Virus record (IMG/VR): IMGVR_UViG_3300017917_001434
Span: 25,593-89,592 of that record
Source of the DNA: a virus
Strand: one strand, 5' to 3'
DNA: 64,000 nucleotides
A program made the translations under genes and the position numbers. The notes below the pieces were generated by a model, which saw only the letters and a list, made by a program, of their open reading frames with translations, searched no databases and was not told the origin of the DNA. Positions 11,501 to 21,194 of this stretch are shown one piece after another. How positions within the stretch are numbered: the first letter of the stretch is position 1; every line of letters starts with the position of its first letter.

Positions 11501-12596
11501 CCTAACACGTGCTGCTACCTACACATTGTGGCAAGATGGTTCAAGTAAATCATTTACCATGGGTAATGCCGCAAGTCACAGCGGTAATGTTTCAGTAGCA
11601 CTGTTAGATGCTACGTCAAGCCCAACATTGAACCACTGGGGTTCTGCGGTAATCATGGACGGTGGGTTTGACCAAGACCGTGGTTATGCGTTTACCTATG
11701 CACGTAACAACATGGCGTTACCAACAGCTGCTGACCAAAAATCTACAGTGTTCTTGATGCGTCTAGCACCAAGTGTAAGTAACACCATCATTGGTGACCT
11801 AGGCGACCGCGATCTAATTAATCGTGCGCAGTTGATTCTAGAAAATATGTTTGTTAACGTAACCGGTGGCCGTTACTTAGTTGAAGGTATTTTGAATCCA
11901 ACTAACATCGATGGTAGAACTATTCAATGGATTGATTTGAATGTAGAAAACACTGGTAACCAACCAAGCTTCACACAGTTTGCTACAGCGTTTAGTTTCA
12001 ATGCTGGTCAAACTGGTGGTATAGTTCCGGCAGCACAGGGACAAGCAGGTGGTGTTGACCGCACTGGTACTTCAACTAGTATCTCTGGTTTCCGTTATAT
12101 TAACTATGCTAAACTTGGCTCGACTGTTGGTATGATAACCAGTGGTGCTGGTACAGGCGCTAACATCAGTGTTTGGGAACTAAGTACATCCAGTGCTGCT
12201 GTTAACCAAACAACTAGTGCGGTTATTGTACACGAACAAGGGTCGGGATTTGCAGTAGGTGACACTATATTGATTCCAGGTAACCTATGGGCCAACAGTA
12301 CAACATCTGGTTCAACATTTGGTAGTAACGCAGCTAACTTTGTGTTATTAACTGTTACCAGTGTTGCATCTGGTGTAGCAGGCGGCGAACGCTTATTTGG
12401 TATTCCAGTAAGTACAACCAACTCAGGCTTCTTAGACTTGACCAAAGTTAAACAGATTGGTACTAGTGCTATTCCAGGTACAGAAGTTTATCCAGATGGT
12501 CCAGAAGTATTGGCTATTAACGTAACAGCAATTACTCCTACATCGGGTACTCCAACTGGTGACTTCCAAATTACGTTCTCAGAAACACAAGCGTAG
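8568..12596 (+). CDS. large virion structural protein (tail/baseplate)
   Basis: 1342 aa, T/G/N-rich beta-type composition, located in the structural operon. Confidence 0.65.
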   Translation: MARQQQKDYKFTPGGAGVGTVKIPGNYEIADILTILNATDQTFIYNFADPDLGASVTFSKEYDSDFPQAQDGVTTITLVTSTSSMNASDSLAIYIETESQYIRPWPFGTDAVERMRTSNPQSLIDADFEYGLQNTKWQSLSLNNDIPSLYELPGSELTINTSGYATFIGANTIASNSDTSIEVTNQSGTATPNWATDDYALVVNPYVANPPPTTYITANVVNSNQRAITVANAQPYSANDELIMVQLPGTNTTTVATGITSGATTSLVLTSGAGFAIDQQILVQTNTTNLWELMTVTNVATNTLTVVRRRLNTNSGNVNIDAGRGVRIVSNVEIAQVVTVDSATQFSLNRGWMNTTPVKNMLAGSVIQKLNKDPGTASGANVEIIKLTTIGTGTGNLATIARGQVGTTAISAAPEGSPIIRLTGLFQAGNSEVPLVGAYITDNGHTANNFISTAQHNNSNTEGLYQIYQADTNYIFWYPRRLTGLQLGYPLNKFDTQLRKAETYTGALIPVSSISSDGLNPSTITVTTPYAHGLSPGTPLIVDITSAAGNLTYGEGSFTTLSIPSTTTFTYQAKTGRPVTGSITANVYVRPSAFFVHRPFDGGVLIGSGTPHRGAMAARQSKKYFRYQSGKGLVWTSGTLLSTNFDVANVSATGTAVSGNTISITTEVEHYLQIGANVKLSGVTTSGYNGFYRVAGITGDSTFTVGLNGTLGNVTPVLDTQPKLNLMGWHGGAVRAGIFDEQNGAFWENNGTNINVVLRSATFQLAGTLNMETDSNYVTGDGNCRFLEQLKMYDRIVVRGMSHTVTSIIDNNTMTVSPPWRGIRNQTRVKASRVIDRRVPQSEFNIDRVDGTGPSGYVLDASKMQMLLIQYTWYGAGFVDFGLRGPLGNYIMCHRFQNNNVNDEAYFRSGNLPVRYSANNEGPTAKLANAITAGDTVLYVDNDKQFPQANVAYPFYVQVDNEVIKVSGHTPGTKQFTNLTRAATYTLWQDGSSKSFTMGNAASHSGNVSVALLDATSSPTLNHWGSAVIMDGGFDQDRGYAFTYARNNMALPTAADQKSTVFLMRLAPSVSNTIIGDLGDRDLINRAQLILENMFVNVTGGRYLVEGILNPTNIDGRTIQWIDLNVENTGNQPSFTQFATAFSFNAGQTGGIVPAAQGQAGGVDRTGTSTSISGFRYINYAKLGSTVGMITSGAGTGANISVWELSTSSAAVNQTTSAVIVHEQGSGFAVGDTILIPGNLWANSTTSGSTFGSNAANFVLLTVTSVASGVAGGERLFGIPVSTTNSGFLDLTKVKQIGTSAIPGTEVYPDGPEVLAINVTAITPTSGTPTGDFQITFSETQA

Positions 12597-12609
12597 TTGC
12601 GGTAATAAC

Positions 12610-12640
12610 AAAAATAGGACCTCCGGGTCCTATTTTTTTT
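12610..12640 (+). terminator. intrinsic terminator followed by late promoter TAAATA at 12643-12648
   Basis: AAAAATAGGACC-TCCG-GGTCCTATTTTTTTT. Confidence 0.85.
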
Positions 12641-12672
12641 GCTAAATACTAAAACAGATATGAGCTAAAAAG

Positions 12673-15600
12673 ATGTCCTTAATTAGACCACGTTTTTCAC
12701 AACTTAATACAGTCGTAACAACTATCGACGATCCAATGACCGTGCTGAATAAAAGCGGCACATCAGCTAACATTGACGTTGGATTTATTATAAACAGAGA
12801 TGGCGGCGCTAGTTCAAACCTAGCAATGATCTGGGACCAGACCGCTAACAACTTTGCTTTTGGTTTTACTACAGCCAGTGGACTTACCAATGCTAACATA
12901 TCCATTGGTACATACGCTAATCTGCGTGCTGGAAGTTTCATTGGTGACGGTAGTCAACTAACTGGAATCAATACCAGCACTGATAAAATATTTTCAGGCA
13001 ATAGTAATGTCGTAGCAACATCAAATTATGTAAACATAGCAATAAACAACAGTAACGTAATATCGATACTAGACGATCTAGACACTCCAGGATATAACGA
13101 CACCACCAAAGGTGATGTACGAATAAATGGTACGGTTAATATCACTGGTCAGGCCTATGCTAATTCAGGATTAGCTGTTAGAGGTGGAGTTGAAGCTAGA
13201 GAAAACAATGCAGGAAGTTGGTCAACTCTAAGCAGTACTATACCACTGGTAGCAAGAAATACTGGTAGTGACACAGTAGCGTTTGGTTTGTATAACAGCG
13301 CAGGTGATAATGAAAATATACTTCTGGTTAATTACCGCGGAAATTTACACATCAACAGTGGATCCAGCGATTTTGTTATAGTTAGCAATCGCGGAACTAT
13401 AGTAAATGTTGAGACTGTATCAACTTCTACCAGCACAGGTGCTTTACAGGTCAAGGGCGGCGCAGGTATTGCTGGCAACTTATATGCCGCAACACTCTAC
13501 GGCAATATTGGCGGTGGTAGTACTCTTTCAAATGTCTATGTAACCGGCAGTTTAATTCCTACAGCAAACATAACCTATGATTTGGGTAGTCCAACGCAAC
13601 GCTGGCGTGATGGTTGGTTTAGCGGCACTACTATCTACATTGGCTCTGAAGCAATGAGTGTAGATGAAAACGGTAAATGGTCATTTACCTCCAAAGGTGC
13701 TACAGTTGAATTAGGTAAAGAAGCAGATTTTAATCCTCCAAGTGCTAACATTTCTGGTAATGTGACCGCATCAGCATTTAATTTTGCCAATGGTGTATCA
13801 ATGATGTCTGTAATTTCCAGTGCTATCACAGATACAAACACCGCTATGAAAGGTTATGTTGACGGGCATGTTAACAGTTTATCTTCAAATGCAGCGGTAC
13901 AGGCCGGCGAGTTGGCTAATCTGTGGGCTAATGCAGGTGCACAATCGTCAACTATAACCACAGCCAATACTAACATGAAAGGTTATGTTGACAGCACTAT
14001 TACTACAGCCAATACCAATTTAAAAGGTTATGTTGATGGACAGATTACAAATTTAGTCAATGGCGCACCAGCGACCCTGGACACATTAAAAGAGTTAGCT
14101 GCCGCATTAGGTAACGATGCTAATTTAAGTGTAACTATAACCAATCAGATTGCAAACGTAAACAGTAATATTACCACAGCTAATACTAATATGAAGGGTT
14201 ACATTGATGGACAACTATCATCAGTAACCGCTAACACTGGTGTACAAGCAGGTCTTATATCATCAGCAGAAGCAAATATAACACTAGCCAATACCAATAT
14301 GAAGGGCTATGTTGATGGGCAAATATCTACCGCTACTTCAGCAATAACCACAGCTAATACTAACTTAAAAGGTTATGTTGATGCAGCTAACACAATACAG
14401 TCAAATCAAATCTCAGGTGCTAACTCAGCAATAACCGCAGCTAATACCAATATGAAAGGTTATGTTGATGGCGAAATAACCACAATAGTTAGTAGAATAG
14501 ATGCCGCAAACTCAGCAATAACCACAGCTAATACTAACTTAAAAGGTTACGTTGATTCTGCCAACACTATACAATCAAATCAGATCGCAGGCGCTAATTC
14601 AGCAATAACCACAGCTAATACCAACATGAAGGGTTATGTTGATGGGCAGATATCAACTACCACCTCAGCAATAACCACAGCTAATACCAATATGAAGGGT
14701 TATGTTGATGCGCAGGTGTCAGGTGCGAGCGGATATGGTAATGCTAATGTAGCCGCATACTTACCAACCTACAACGGTAACTTAACTACTGCTGGTATCT
14801 ATACTGATGGATATTTCTATGCCAATGGCACTGCTGTAAGTTTTAGTGGTGGCAGCAGTTCTTATGGTGATAGTAATGTAGCTGCGTACTTGACTACAAA
14901 CCAATATGCAGTTATAGGTAACATCACTACAGCCAATACCAATATGAAAGGCTATGTTGATGCGGCTAACACAATACAGTCAAATCAGATCTCAGGTGCT
15001 AACTCAGCAATAACCACAGCTAATACCAACATGAAGGGGTATGTGGACGCACAGATCACAAACTTAGTTAACGGTGCTCCGGCTACTCTTGATACCCTAA
15101 ATGAATTAGCCGCAGCTCTGGGCAACGATGCCAATTTAAGTGTGACTATAACCAATCAAATTGCAAATGTTAACAGCAACATTGGTACTGCTAATACCAA
15201 TATGAAGGGTTATGTTGATAGTATTGCTTACAGTAACTCTAGTGTGGCAAGTTATCTGCCCTCATACTCTGGTAACGTAGCGTCATTAACTGTTGCTGGT
15301 AACATAAATGTTGTAGGTAACTTATTGGCCAAAGGACTCAAAGGTAGTGATGGTCAATTACTATCTGCTACAGAAACTGGTCTAGCCTGGGTAAGTTTAG
15401 GCAACAGCCCACTGATTACCGACGACAATGGGACTACTGTTCAGACCAATGGACTGTTTGTTAATGTTGAAATTGACAGCAGTAATGTTGCTCGTTTTGA
15501 ACCCAGCAAATTAACAGTATTTGGCAATGTCTATGCTGGCACCTTCTACGGTGATGGTAGTCAATTAACTGGTATAGCCGGTGAATATGGCAACGTTGAT

Positions 15601-17265
15601 GTGGGCACATACCTGCCGACTTATAACGGCAACATAGGTAACTTAACATTAAACAGTTCGGCTACGATATTTGCTGGCAATACCACAGCAAATATTACCA
15701 TTGGGGCAACTACTTGGGGAGCCGAAGCCGTAAATAGAAAAATAACCATTGGCGGCATCGGGCAAAAGATTTACTTTGATGGTAACAGTAGCCAATACAG
15801 TTACATGGATGATGATGAATTCTACATCTATGACGGTAAAAATAATGCCACAGCTTACTACAAAGCTAATCAGTTTGCACTTAATCGCAATGACTATACT
15901 GGTTATTTTGATGCTGGCCCAGGTACTCTAACTATTGGAGCCTATGTAGGCAACGATCGATCCTTTGTAGCCAACCTAAATATGGTTACTTGGGGTAATA
16001 GTACCGTCAGAACTACGATCGGTAACACTGGTATTACAACCACCGGAAATGTTACCGCGGGTAATGTAAGTGCCACTAACTTAACTGGTACACTACTAAC
16101 AGCCGCACAAACTAATATTACATCAGTTGGTAACTTGTCAAGTTTATCAACCAGTGGCACCGTTAGTGCTATTGGTCAAGTGCGTGCTAATAGTGGAATT
16201 GCTTCCACTAGTACAACCACTGGAGCATTAACAGTTATCGGTGGTATCGGTGTTAGTGGTAACGTATACACCGGCGGTATTGTTGATATTACCAGCACTG
16301 CCGCAAGTACAAGTACGTCAACTGGCGCACTGATTGTTGATGGTGGTGCCGGTATTGCTGGCAATGTTAACGCAGGTAACGTAAGTGCTACTAACTTAAC
16401 TGGTACACTACAAACAGCTGCACAGCCAAGTGTCACCAGCGTAGGTACGTTGACTAGTTTAGCTGTAAGTAACGGTCTAGCGGCTACTTTTGCTGTAACC
16501 GCCAACTCGTCAACATTTACAGATACTGTAAATGTTTCTACAACAAATAAAGTTATACGAGTAGTAAACAATCTACAAGATATTCATTTTAATGCTAATT
16601 TGGGTACCGGTAGCTACAACAATCTTGTTCAAGCCCGAGATGGCGGCATTATATTCTCTAACGGTACCCAAGGACAAGGTAACTTAACTATCGGTCCATG
16701 GATTTCAGGAACATCAGGAATTAGAATTGTTGGAAATACCGGACAAGTTACTGTTCCTGGTTTCTTAAATATCAACAGTAACAATAATGCTACTGCTATT
16801 GTGAACGGTGGTACCAACGGTGTTGGTAACATTGGTGCCAGTGGTGCTGGATTTAACACAGTATTTGCTCGTGCTACATCAGCACAGTACGCTGACTTAG
16901 CCGAGATCTATACCAGCGATCGCGACTATGTTCCGGGCACTGTACTAATATTTGGTGGTGAGCAAGAAGTTACTGTCAGCACGGAGTCACATGATCCGCG
17001 TGTAGCAGGTGTTGTATCCACTAACCCAGCCTACATCATGAACAACTCCTGTGATGGTGTAGAAGTTGCTCTACAAGGTCGTGTGCCAACTAAGGTACAG
17101 GGTCCTGTAAACAAAGGTGATAGACTTGTGACCAGTAGTACACAAGGTGCTGCAGAACGCTTAGACATGACCAAATATCAACCAGGTTGTATCATTGGTA
17201 AAGCACTAGAAGCTATTGCCGATGATAGTATACAAACTATCGAAGTTGTGGTTGGTCGCGTCTAA
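12673..17265 (+). CDS. long tail fibre protein with coiled-coil repeats and C-terminal chaperone-like domain
   Basis: GAPATLDTLxELAAALGND twice, ANTN(M/L)KGYVD repeats, ATSAQYADLAE C-terminus. Confidence 0.75.
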   Translation: MSLIRPRFSQLNTVVTTIDDPMTVLNKSGTSANIDVGFIINRDGGASSNLAMIWDQTANNFAFGFTTASGLTNANISIGTYANLRAGSFIGDGSQLTGINTSTDKIFSGNSNVVATSNYVNIAINNSNVISILDDLDTPGYNDTTKGDVRINGTVNITGQAYANSGLAVRGGVEARENNAGSWSTLSSTIPLVARNTGSDTVAFGLYNSAGDNENILLVNYRGNLHINSGSSDFVIVSNRGTIVNVETVSTSTSTGALQVKGGAGIAGNLYAATLYGNIGGGSTLSNVYVTGSLIPTANITYDLGSPTQRWRDGWFSGTTIYIGSEAMSVDENGKWSFTSKGATVELGKEADFNPPSANISGNVTASAFNFANGVSMMSVISSAITDTNTAMKGYVDGHVNSLSSNAAVQAGELANLWANAGAQSSTITTANTNMKGYVDSTITTANTNLKGYVDGQITNLVNGAPATLDTLKELAAALGNDANLSVTITNQIANVNSNITTANTNMKGYIDGQLSSVTANTGVQAGLISSAEANITLANTNMKGYVDGQISTATSAITTANTNLKGYVDAANTIQSNQISGANSAITAANTNMKGYVDGEITTIVSRIDAANSAITTANTNLKGYVDSANTIQSNQIAGANSAITTANTNMKGYVDGQISTTTSAITTANTNMKGYVDAQVSGASGYGNANVAAYLPTYNGNLTTAGIYTDGYFYANGTAVSFSGGSSSYGDSNVAAYLTTNQYAVIGNITTANTNMKGYVDAANTIQSNQISGANSAITTANTNMKGYVDAQITNLVNGAPATLDTLNELAAALGNDANLSVTITNQIANVNSNIGTANTNMKGYVDSIAYSNSSVASYLPSYSGNVASLTVAGNINVVGNLLAKGLKGSDGQLLSATETGLAWVSLGNSPLITDDNGTTVQTNGLFVNVEIDSSNVARFEPSKLTVFGNVYAGTFYGDGSQLTGIAGEYGNVDVGTYLPTYNGNIGNLTLNSSATIFAGNTTANITIGATTWGAEAVNRKITIGGIGQKIYFDGNSSQYSYMDDDEFYIYDGKNNATAYYKANQFALNRNDYTGYFDAGPGTLTIGAYVGNDRSFVANLNMVTWGNSTVRTTIGNTGITTTGNVTAGNVSATNLTGTLLTAAQTNITSVGNLSSLSTSGTVSAIGQVRANSGIASTSTTTGALTVIGGIGVSGNVYTGGIVDITSTAASTSTSTGALIVDGGAGIAGNVNAGNVSATNLTGTLQTAAQPSVTSVGTLTSLAVSNGLAATFAVTANSSTFTDTVNVSTTNKVIRVVNNLQDIHFNANLGTGSYNNLVQARDGGIIFSNGTQGQGNLTIGPWISGTSGIRIVGNTGQVTVPGFLNINSNNNATAIVNGGTNGVGNIGASGAGFNTVFARATSAQYADLAEIYTSDRDYVPGTVLIFGGEQEVTVSTESHDPRVAGVVSTNPAYIMNNSCDGVEVALQGRVPTKVQGPVNKGDRLVTSSTQGAAERLDMTKYQPGCIIGKALEAIADDSIQTIEVVVGRV
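13825..15220 (+). repeat. 13 copies of the TTANTN(M/L)KGY(V/I)D-type coding repeat
   Basis: Counted in the translation; the DNA unit GCAATAACCACAGCTAATAC recurs. Confidence 0.85.
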
Positions 17266-17272
17266 AAACCTC

Positions 17273-17301
17273 TTGACTTTTACTCAAAAAGGCTGTACAA
17301 T
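17273..17301 (+). promoter_or_regulatory. sigma70-type early promoter
   Basis: TTGACT-N17-TACAAT. Confidence 0.7.
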
Positions 17302-17331
17302 ACGCTTATACTTAATTAATAGGCGTATTCT

Positions 17332-18663
17332 ATGGACTTTCCTTGGCAGGTAATCAGCGCACTAGAAACACACAATCTGCGCACTAACAAAGAACAAATT
17401 ATTGAAGCGCAAGTCAGTGAAAAGAATACAGAATTCTTTGCAGGCTGTAGACTTGCTCTTGATCCTATGATTACATTTGGGGTTCGGCAAATTGATGAAA
17501 AAACCAATGAACCTCCTAAACCCGGTACTGGCACAGGACTCAGCTGGGCAGGATTCCAACAACTAGCCGACCGACTGTCTAGTCGCGCCCTAACAGGCAA
17601 CGAAGCACAAATAGCACTTACACATGCACGTCAAAAAGCCACAGTAGAACAGTGGAACCTGTGGTATCGCCGCATTTTAATTAAAGATCTACGCTGCGGT
17701 GTAACAGAAAAAACAATTAACAAAGTAGTGGAGAAACATAATGCTAAAGATTACGCTATTCCTGTGTTTACTTGTCAACTTGCTCACGACAGCGCCAATC
17801 ATGAAACTAAGGTTACGGGACAGCGACTCATCGAAGTCAAACTTGATGGAGTACGTGTTATTGCTATTGTCTATCCAAATGGCACTGTTAGTCTTTTTAG
17901 CCGGAACGGTAAACAGCTAACAAACTTCCCATTGGTTGAACAACAACTGAGCAAACACGCTATATTTTTTGCTGAACCCATAGTACTTGATGGCGAAATT
18001 ATGAGTGCTAGTTTTCAGGATTTAATGAAACAAGTACACCGTAAAAGTGATGTACAGAGCGAAGATGCCGTACTAAATTTGTTCGACATCATAACATTAC
18101 GCGAGTTTCAAGCTGGTCGCAGTGAACACAGGCAAATTGACCGTAGTGTAAGTTTAGCACATTGGTACAATCAATTTGCTGATCATATGCCCAATGTTAC
18201 AGTAGTAGGGCAAGAGCTAGTTGACTTAAATACAGATGAAGGGCAACAGCGTTTTAAACAAATTAACGCGGAAGCCATTGCTGGTGGGTACGAAGGTATT
18301 ATGATCAAAGACCCAGAAGCAGTGTACGAATGTAAACGTACAGTTAATTGGCTTAAACTCAAGCCATTTATTGAAGTTAGTTTGGAGGTTAAACATGTGG
18401 AAGAAGGTACTGGAAGGAATGAAGGACGACTTGGCGCCCTTGTTTGCGAAGGAATCGACGATGGGCGACAGATATCTGTCAATGTTGGTAGCGGTTTCAG
18501 TGACAGTGATCGTAGCCTGTTTTGGAGCGATCGTAGTAGAATTATTGGAAATATTGTGGAAGTGAGAGCAGATGCTGTTACGCAAAATCAAGACGGCACT
18601 TACTCGCTACGTTTTCCTAGGTTCTTGCGTTTTAGAGGCTTTGAAATTGGCGAAAAACTATAA
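17332..18663 (+). CDS. ATP-dependent DNA ligase
   Basis: EVKLDGVR (KxDG), LDGEI, EGIMIK, WLKLK, SLRFPRF. Confidence 0.95.
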   Translation: MDFPWQVISALETHNLRTNKEQIIEAQVSEKNTEFFAGCRLALDPMITFGVRQIDEKTNEPPKPGTGTGLSWAGFQQLADRLSSRALTGNEAQIALTHARQKATVEQWNLWYRRILIKDLRCGVTEKTINKVVEKHNAKDYAIPVFTCQLAHDSANHETKVTGQRLIEVKLDGVRVIAIVYPNGTVSLFSRNGKQLTNFPLVEQQLSKHAIFFAEPIVLDGEIMSASFQDLMKQVHRKSDVQSEDAVLNLFDIITLREFQAGRSEHRQIDRSVSLAHWYNQFADHMPNVTVVGQELVDLNTDEGQQRFKQINAEAIAGGYEGIMIKDPEAVYECKRTVNWLKLKPFIEVSLEVKHVEEGTGRNEGRLGALVCEGIDDGRQISVNVGSGFSDSDRSLFWSDRSRIIGNIVEVRADAVTQNQDGTYSLRFPRFLRFRGFEIGEKL

Positions 18664-18904
18664 ACTAATACAAGAAGCAGACAAAGATCGGGTTTACGGT
18701 GCGCTCAAAGAGTTTACTCATAATAGTAAACTCTGGCGGCACAGTGATGTTGGCCGCGAATACTGCTATCTGACTGAAGAAGGACGTGAAGTTATAGCGG
18801 ACTTTATGGAAGATATCTTGCGCACTGTTGACGTACTAGACCGCAAGGCCTTAGAACAACGGGCTAAAGAAGTTGTTTGGTCCGAACTTAAAGGAAAAGA
18901 TTAA
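18647..18904 (+). CDS. hypothetical protein
   Basis: ORF overlapping the ligase end; TTG start is inferred. Confidence 0.55.
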   Translation: MAKNYKLIQEADKDRVYGALKEFTHNSKLWRHSDVGREYCYLTEEGREVIADFMEDILRTVDVLDRKALEQRAKEVVWSELKGKD

Positions 18905-18957
18905 TGTTATTAGGTTGGGGTAGTGACGCATTTACACTGGCAAAGGAAAGGAATCGT

Positions 18958-19227
18958 ATGATATTGACACGCACAGAACTTATTGAAGCATTATCCGCAC
19001 ATAAATGTGTAGTAAAGTTTACTAAAGTAAATGGTGAAGTAAGAGAAATGCCCTGTACTCTGCGTGAAGATATTGTGCCCAAATATGAGCACAAAACTGA
19101 ACGGTCCAAACAACCAAATGAAAAGGTCCTAAGTGTTTGGTGCTTGGATAAGCAGGAATGGCGCAGTTTTCGAGTGGACAGCGTACTAGAACTACGCTTA
19201 GACTTGGGCATGCCTGTAGTTGTATAA
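18958..19227 (+). CDS. WYL_2/DUF2693-like Sm-fold protein
   Basis: VKFTKVNGEVREMPCTL...WRSFR. Confidence 0.75.
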   Translation: MILTRTELIEALSAHKCVVKFTKVNGEVREMPCTLREDIVPKYEHKTERSKQPNEKVLSVWCLDKQEWRSFRVDSVLELRLDLGMPVVV

Positions 19228-19254
19228 TTTTGGTAAAAAAGAGGCAAAAAGTGG

Positions 19255-19283
19255 TTGACAATAATACCAAATGAGTGTATTAT
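19255..19283 (+). promoter_or_regulatory. sigma70-type early promoter
   Basis: TTGACA-N17-TATTAT. Confidence 0.7.
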
Positions 19284-19350
19284 ATACACATGCTTAGATA
19301 TTAAGCAGTTGTTGTTTTTCTTTCTTTTAATTTAAATGGAGATGTAACAC

Positions 19351-19599
19351 ATGGCTAATTTGGCTAAAGTATCAAATCAAAAGGCATTTTTAGAGAAGTA
19401 TTTGCGCGGTACAGGTCGTACATTGTCAGTAGCACAAGCTAAGGCAAACTACGGTATTGAAAAGTTGTCAGCTCGTATTAGCGAAATGCGTGATGCAGGT
19501 TTAGTTGTTTACACAGATGTAAACTCAAAAGGTAACACAACTTACCGTATCGTAGCTCGTGACGTAAACGGTTCACGTGCTGCTAAGTTTGCTGAGTAA
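19351..19599 (+). CDS. small winged helix-turn-helix protein
   Basis: LSVAQAKANYGIEKLSARISEMRDAG; own promoter, SD GGAG and terminator. Confidence 0.7.
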   Translation: MANLAKVSNQKAFLEKYLRGTGRTLSVAQAKANYGIEKLSARISEMRDAGLVVYTDVNSKGNTTYRIVARDVNGSRAAKFAE

Positions 19600-19621
19600 T
19601 ATTAGCTAAAATTGTAGTGAT

Positions 19622-19648
19622 AAAAAAGCCCGCTTTGGCGGGCTTTTT
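19622..19648. terminator. bidirectional terminator
   Basis: AAAAAAGCCCGC-TTTG-GCGGGCTTTTT between convergent genes. Confidence 0.85.
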
Positions 19649-19654
19649 AATGAA

Positions 19655-20032
19655 TTATAAAACTCGTTGCGATGGTCTATCGATAGTTAAACGTTCCCAC
19701 CCAGTATGGTCGGGGTTGGCTACTTCTGTAATAGGACTGGTGATATTATTATCGTTTTGATACAAATCTACTTCGTCGGCATTAGCTGAAGTTTTCCACA
19801 GTGGAATATACTGTAATGCTGTATCTTTATAGCTAGCAAAAAAAGCATCATCATTAAAATGATGATCTACGGTAATAACTAAATCTCTATCTTCGTGCCC
19901 TTGTATATAACTTTCAACACCAGCGGCCTCAAGTGCATTAAAATTTGATTCAAGTACCATTGGCCAAATATCAAACGGCCAAACAGTGCTAATATTTGGT
20001 CTTGTCATTACTACTCTTAGAGAAACTGACAT
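19655..20032 (-). CDS. hypothetical late protein
   Basis: GAGGAG SD; TAAATA on the minus strand at 20056-20061. Confidence 0.65.
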   Translation of the reverse strand: MSVSLRVVMTRPNISTVWPFDIWPMVLESNFNALEAAGVESYIQGHEDRDLVITVDHHFNDDAFFASYKDTALQYIPLWKTSANADEVDLYQNDNNITSPITEVANPDHTGWERLTIDRPSQRVL

Positions 20033-20078
20033 GTAAAACTCCTCAATAATAACTGTATTTAGCTAAGATATATTTAGA

Positions 20079-20107
20079 TTGACTTTTTAGTTAAATGAGT
20101 GTATAAT
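20079..20107 (+). promoter_or_regulatory. sigma70-type early promoter
   Basis: TTGACT-N17-TATAAT. Confidence 0.75.
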
Positions 20108-20139
20108 GTTTTTGTAATTAACAATTATGGCTCACTATT

Positions 20140-20724
20140 ATGGCATCTACTAGAACTTATTTGGCCTTAGGCGCGGCAGTTTTTGCAGGTAATGTAGCAT
20201 ATCACGCTGTTAATTCAGATAGCAATCGTATTTCTAGTGTAGAATCACAGGTAGCAGAAATACGTGAAGAAGTTGAGGAAATTAAAGAGGTTGTACTAGC
20301 CTATCAATCTATACAGATTAAGTACAATCAAAAAGACGTAGAATGTTTGGCTCGTAATATCTATTGGGAAGCAGGAGTTGAGCCAATGACAGGCAAACTT
20401 GCTGTAGGTATTATTACCCTAAATCGTGTTAAAACTAAGCACTGGGGGCGTAATATCTGTGACGTAGTTTATAGTCCGGCACAGTTTTCCTGGACCCAAA
20501 AACGCAAACGTGCTTGGGTCAAACTCGAAGGCAAGGCATGGAAAGAAAGTCAAACAGCTGCTCGAGCAGTGTTAGACGGCATTACAGTTAAACAGTTAAA
20601 CAAGGCACTATTTTATCACGCAGATTATGTACAGCCTAAATGGCGTGATCGCAGTAAACAGGTAACAAAAATTGGTCGGCATATTTTTTACACACAGGCA
20701 AAGGATACAAACATTAAGTTATGA
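20140..20724 (+). CDS. SleB-like cell wall hydrolase (Hydrolase_2)
   Basis: CLARNIYWEA, LNRV, QFSW, IGRHIFY; N-terminal hydrophobic anchor. Confidence 0.9.
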   Translation: MASTRTYLALGAAVFAGNVAYHAVNSDSNRISSVESQVAEIREEVEEIKEVVLAYQSIQIKYNQKDVECLARNIYWEAGVEPMTGKLAVGIITLNRVKTKHWGRNICDVVYSPAQFSWTQKRKRAWVKLEGKAWKESQTAARAVLDGITVKQLNKALFYHADYVQPKWRDRSKQVTKIGRHIFYTQAKDTNIKL

Positions 20725-21185
20725 AATATTTTAGTTATGGTATGAACACTAATTTAGGCAGTATGGCCATGCGTTGTCCTAAAGCTCGTAGTCTAGGTGC
20801 CGCTGTGTTGCCGCACTACAAGTTTGAATTTAAATCGTTTGCTACAGTTACTCCCAAGATGGATGAAAACGCACACGGAGTTTTGTGGGAAATTACACCG
20901 GATTGTGAGCGCAGTCTGGACATGTTAGAGGGCTATCCTGTTTACTACGGTAAGATTAATGTATGGGTGGAACACGAAGGTATTATGGTTCCTTGTATGA
21001 CCTATTTAATGTATCCCGAAGAAGAGTATAATTACCCCAGCGATAGCTATGTACGTATGTTAGAAGAAGGGTATCGAGCGCACGGTATCAGCACGCTACA
21101 AATTGACGAAGCATTAAGAGACATAGATTACAAATTTGGATTGACAGAACCCAATCATTACTCTAAAATGTATACTACAGCATAG
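20721..21185 (+). CDS. gamma-glutamylcyclotransferase (AIG2-like)
   Basis: YFSYGMN, GVLWEI, LDMLEGYP. Confidence 0.85.
   Translation: MKYFSYGMNTNLGSMAMRCPKARSLGAAVLPHYKFEFKSFATVTPKMDENAHGVLWEITPDCERSLDMLEGYPVYYGKINVWVEHEGIMVPCMTYLMYPEEEYNYPSDSYVRMLEEGYRAHGISTLQIDEALRDIDYKFGLTEPNHYSKMYTTA
21141..21169 (+). promoter_or_regulatory. gene-internal sigma70 promoter for the 21195 gene
   Basis: TTGACA-N17-TAAAAT. Confidence 0.55.
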
Positions 21186-21194
21186 GAAAAAATT

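Noticed and set aside
13825-15220. CRISPR array or DGR template/variable repeats
   Set aside because: The repeats are in-frame coding units with synonymous variation; there are no unique spacers, cas genes or reverse transcriptase.
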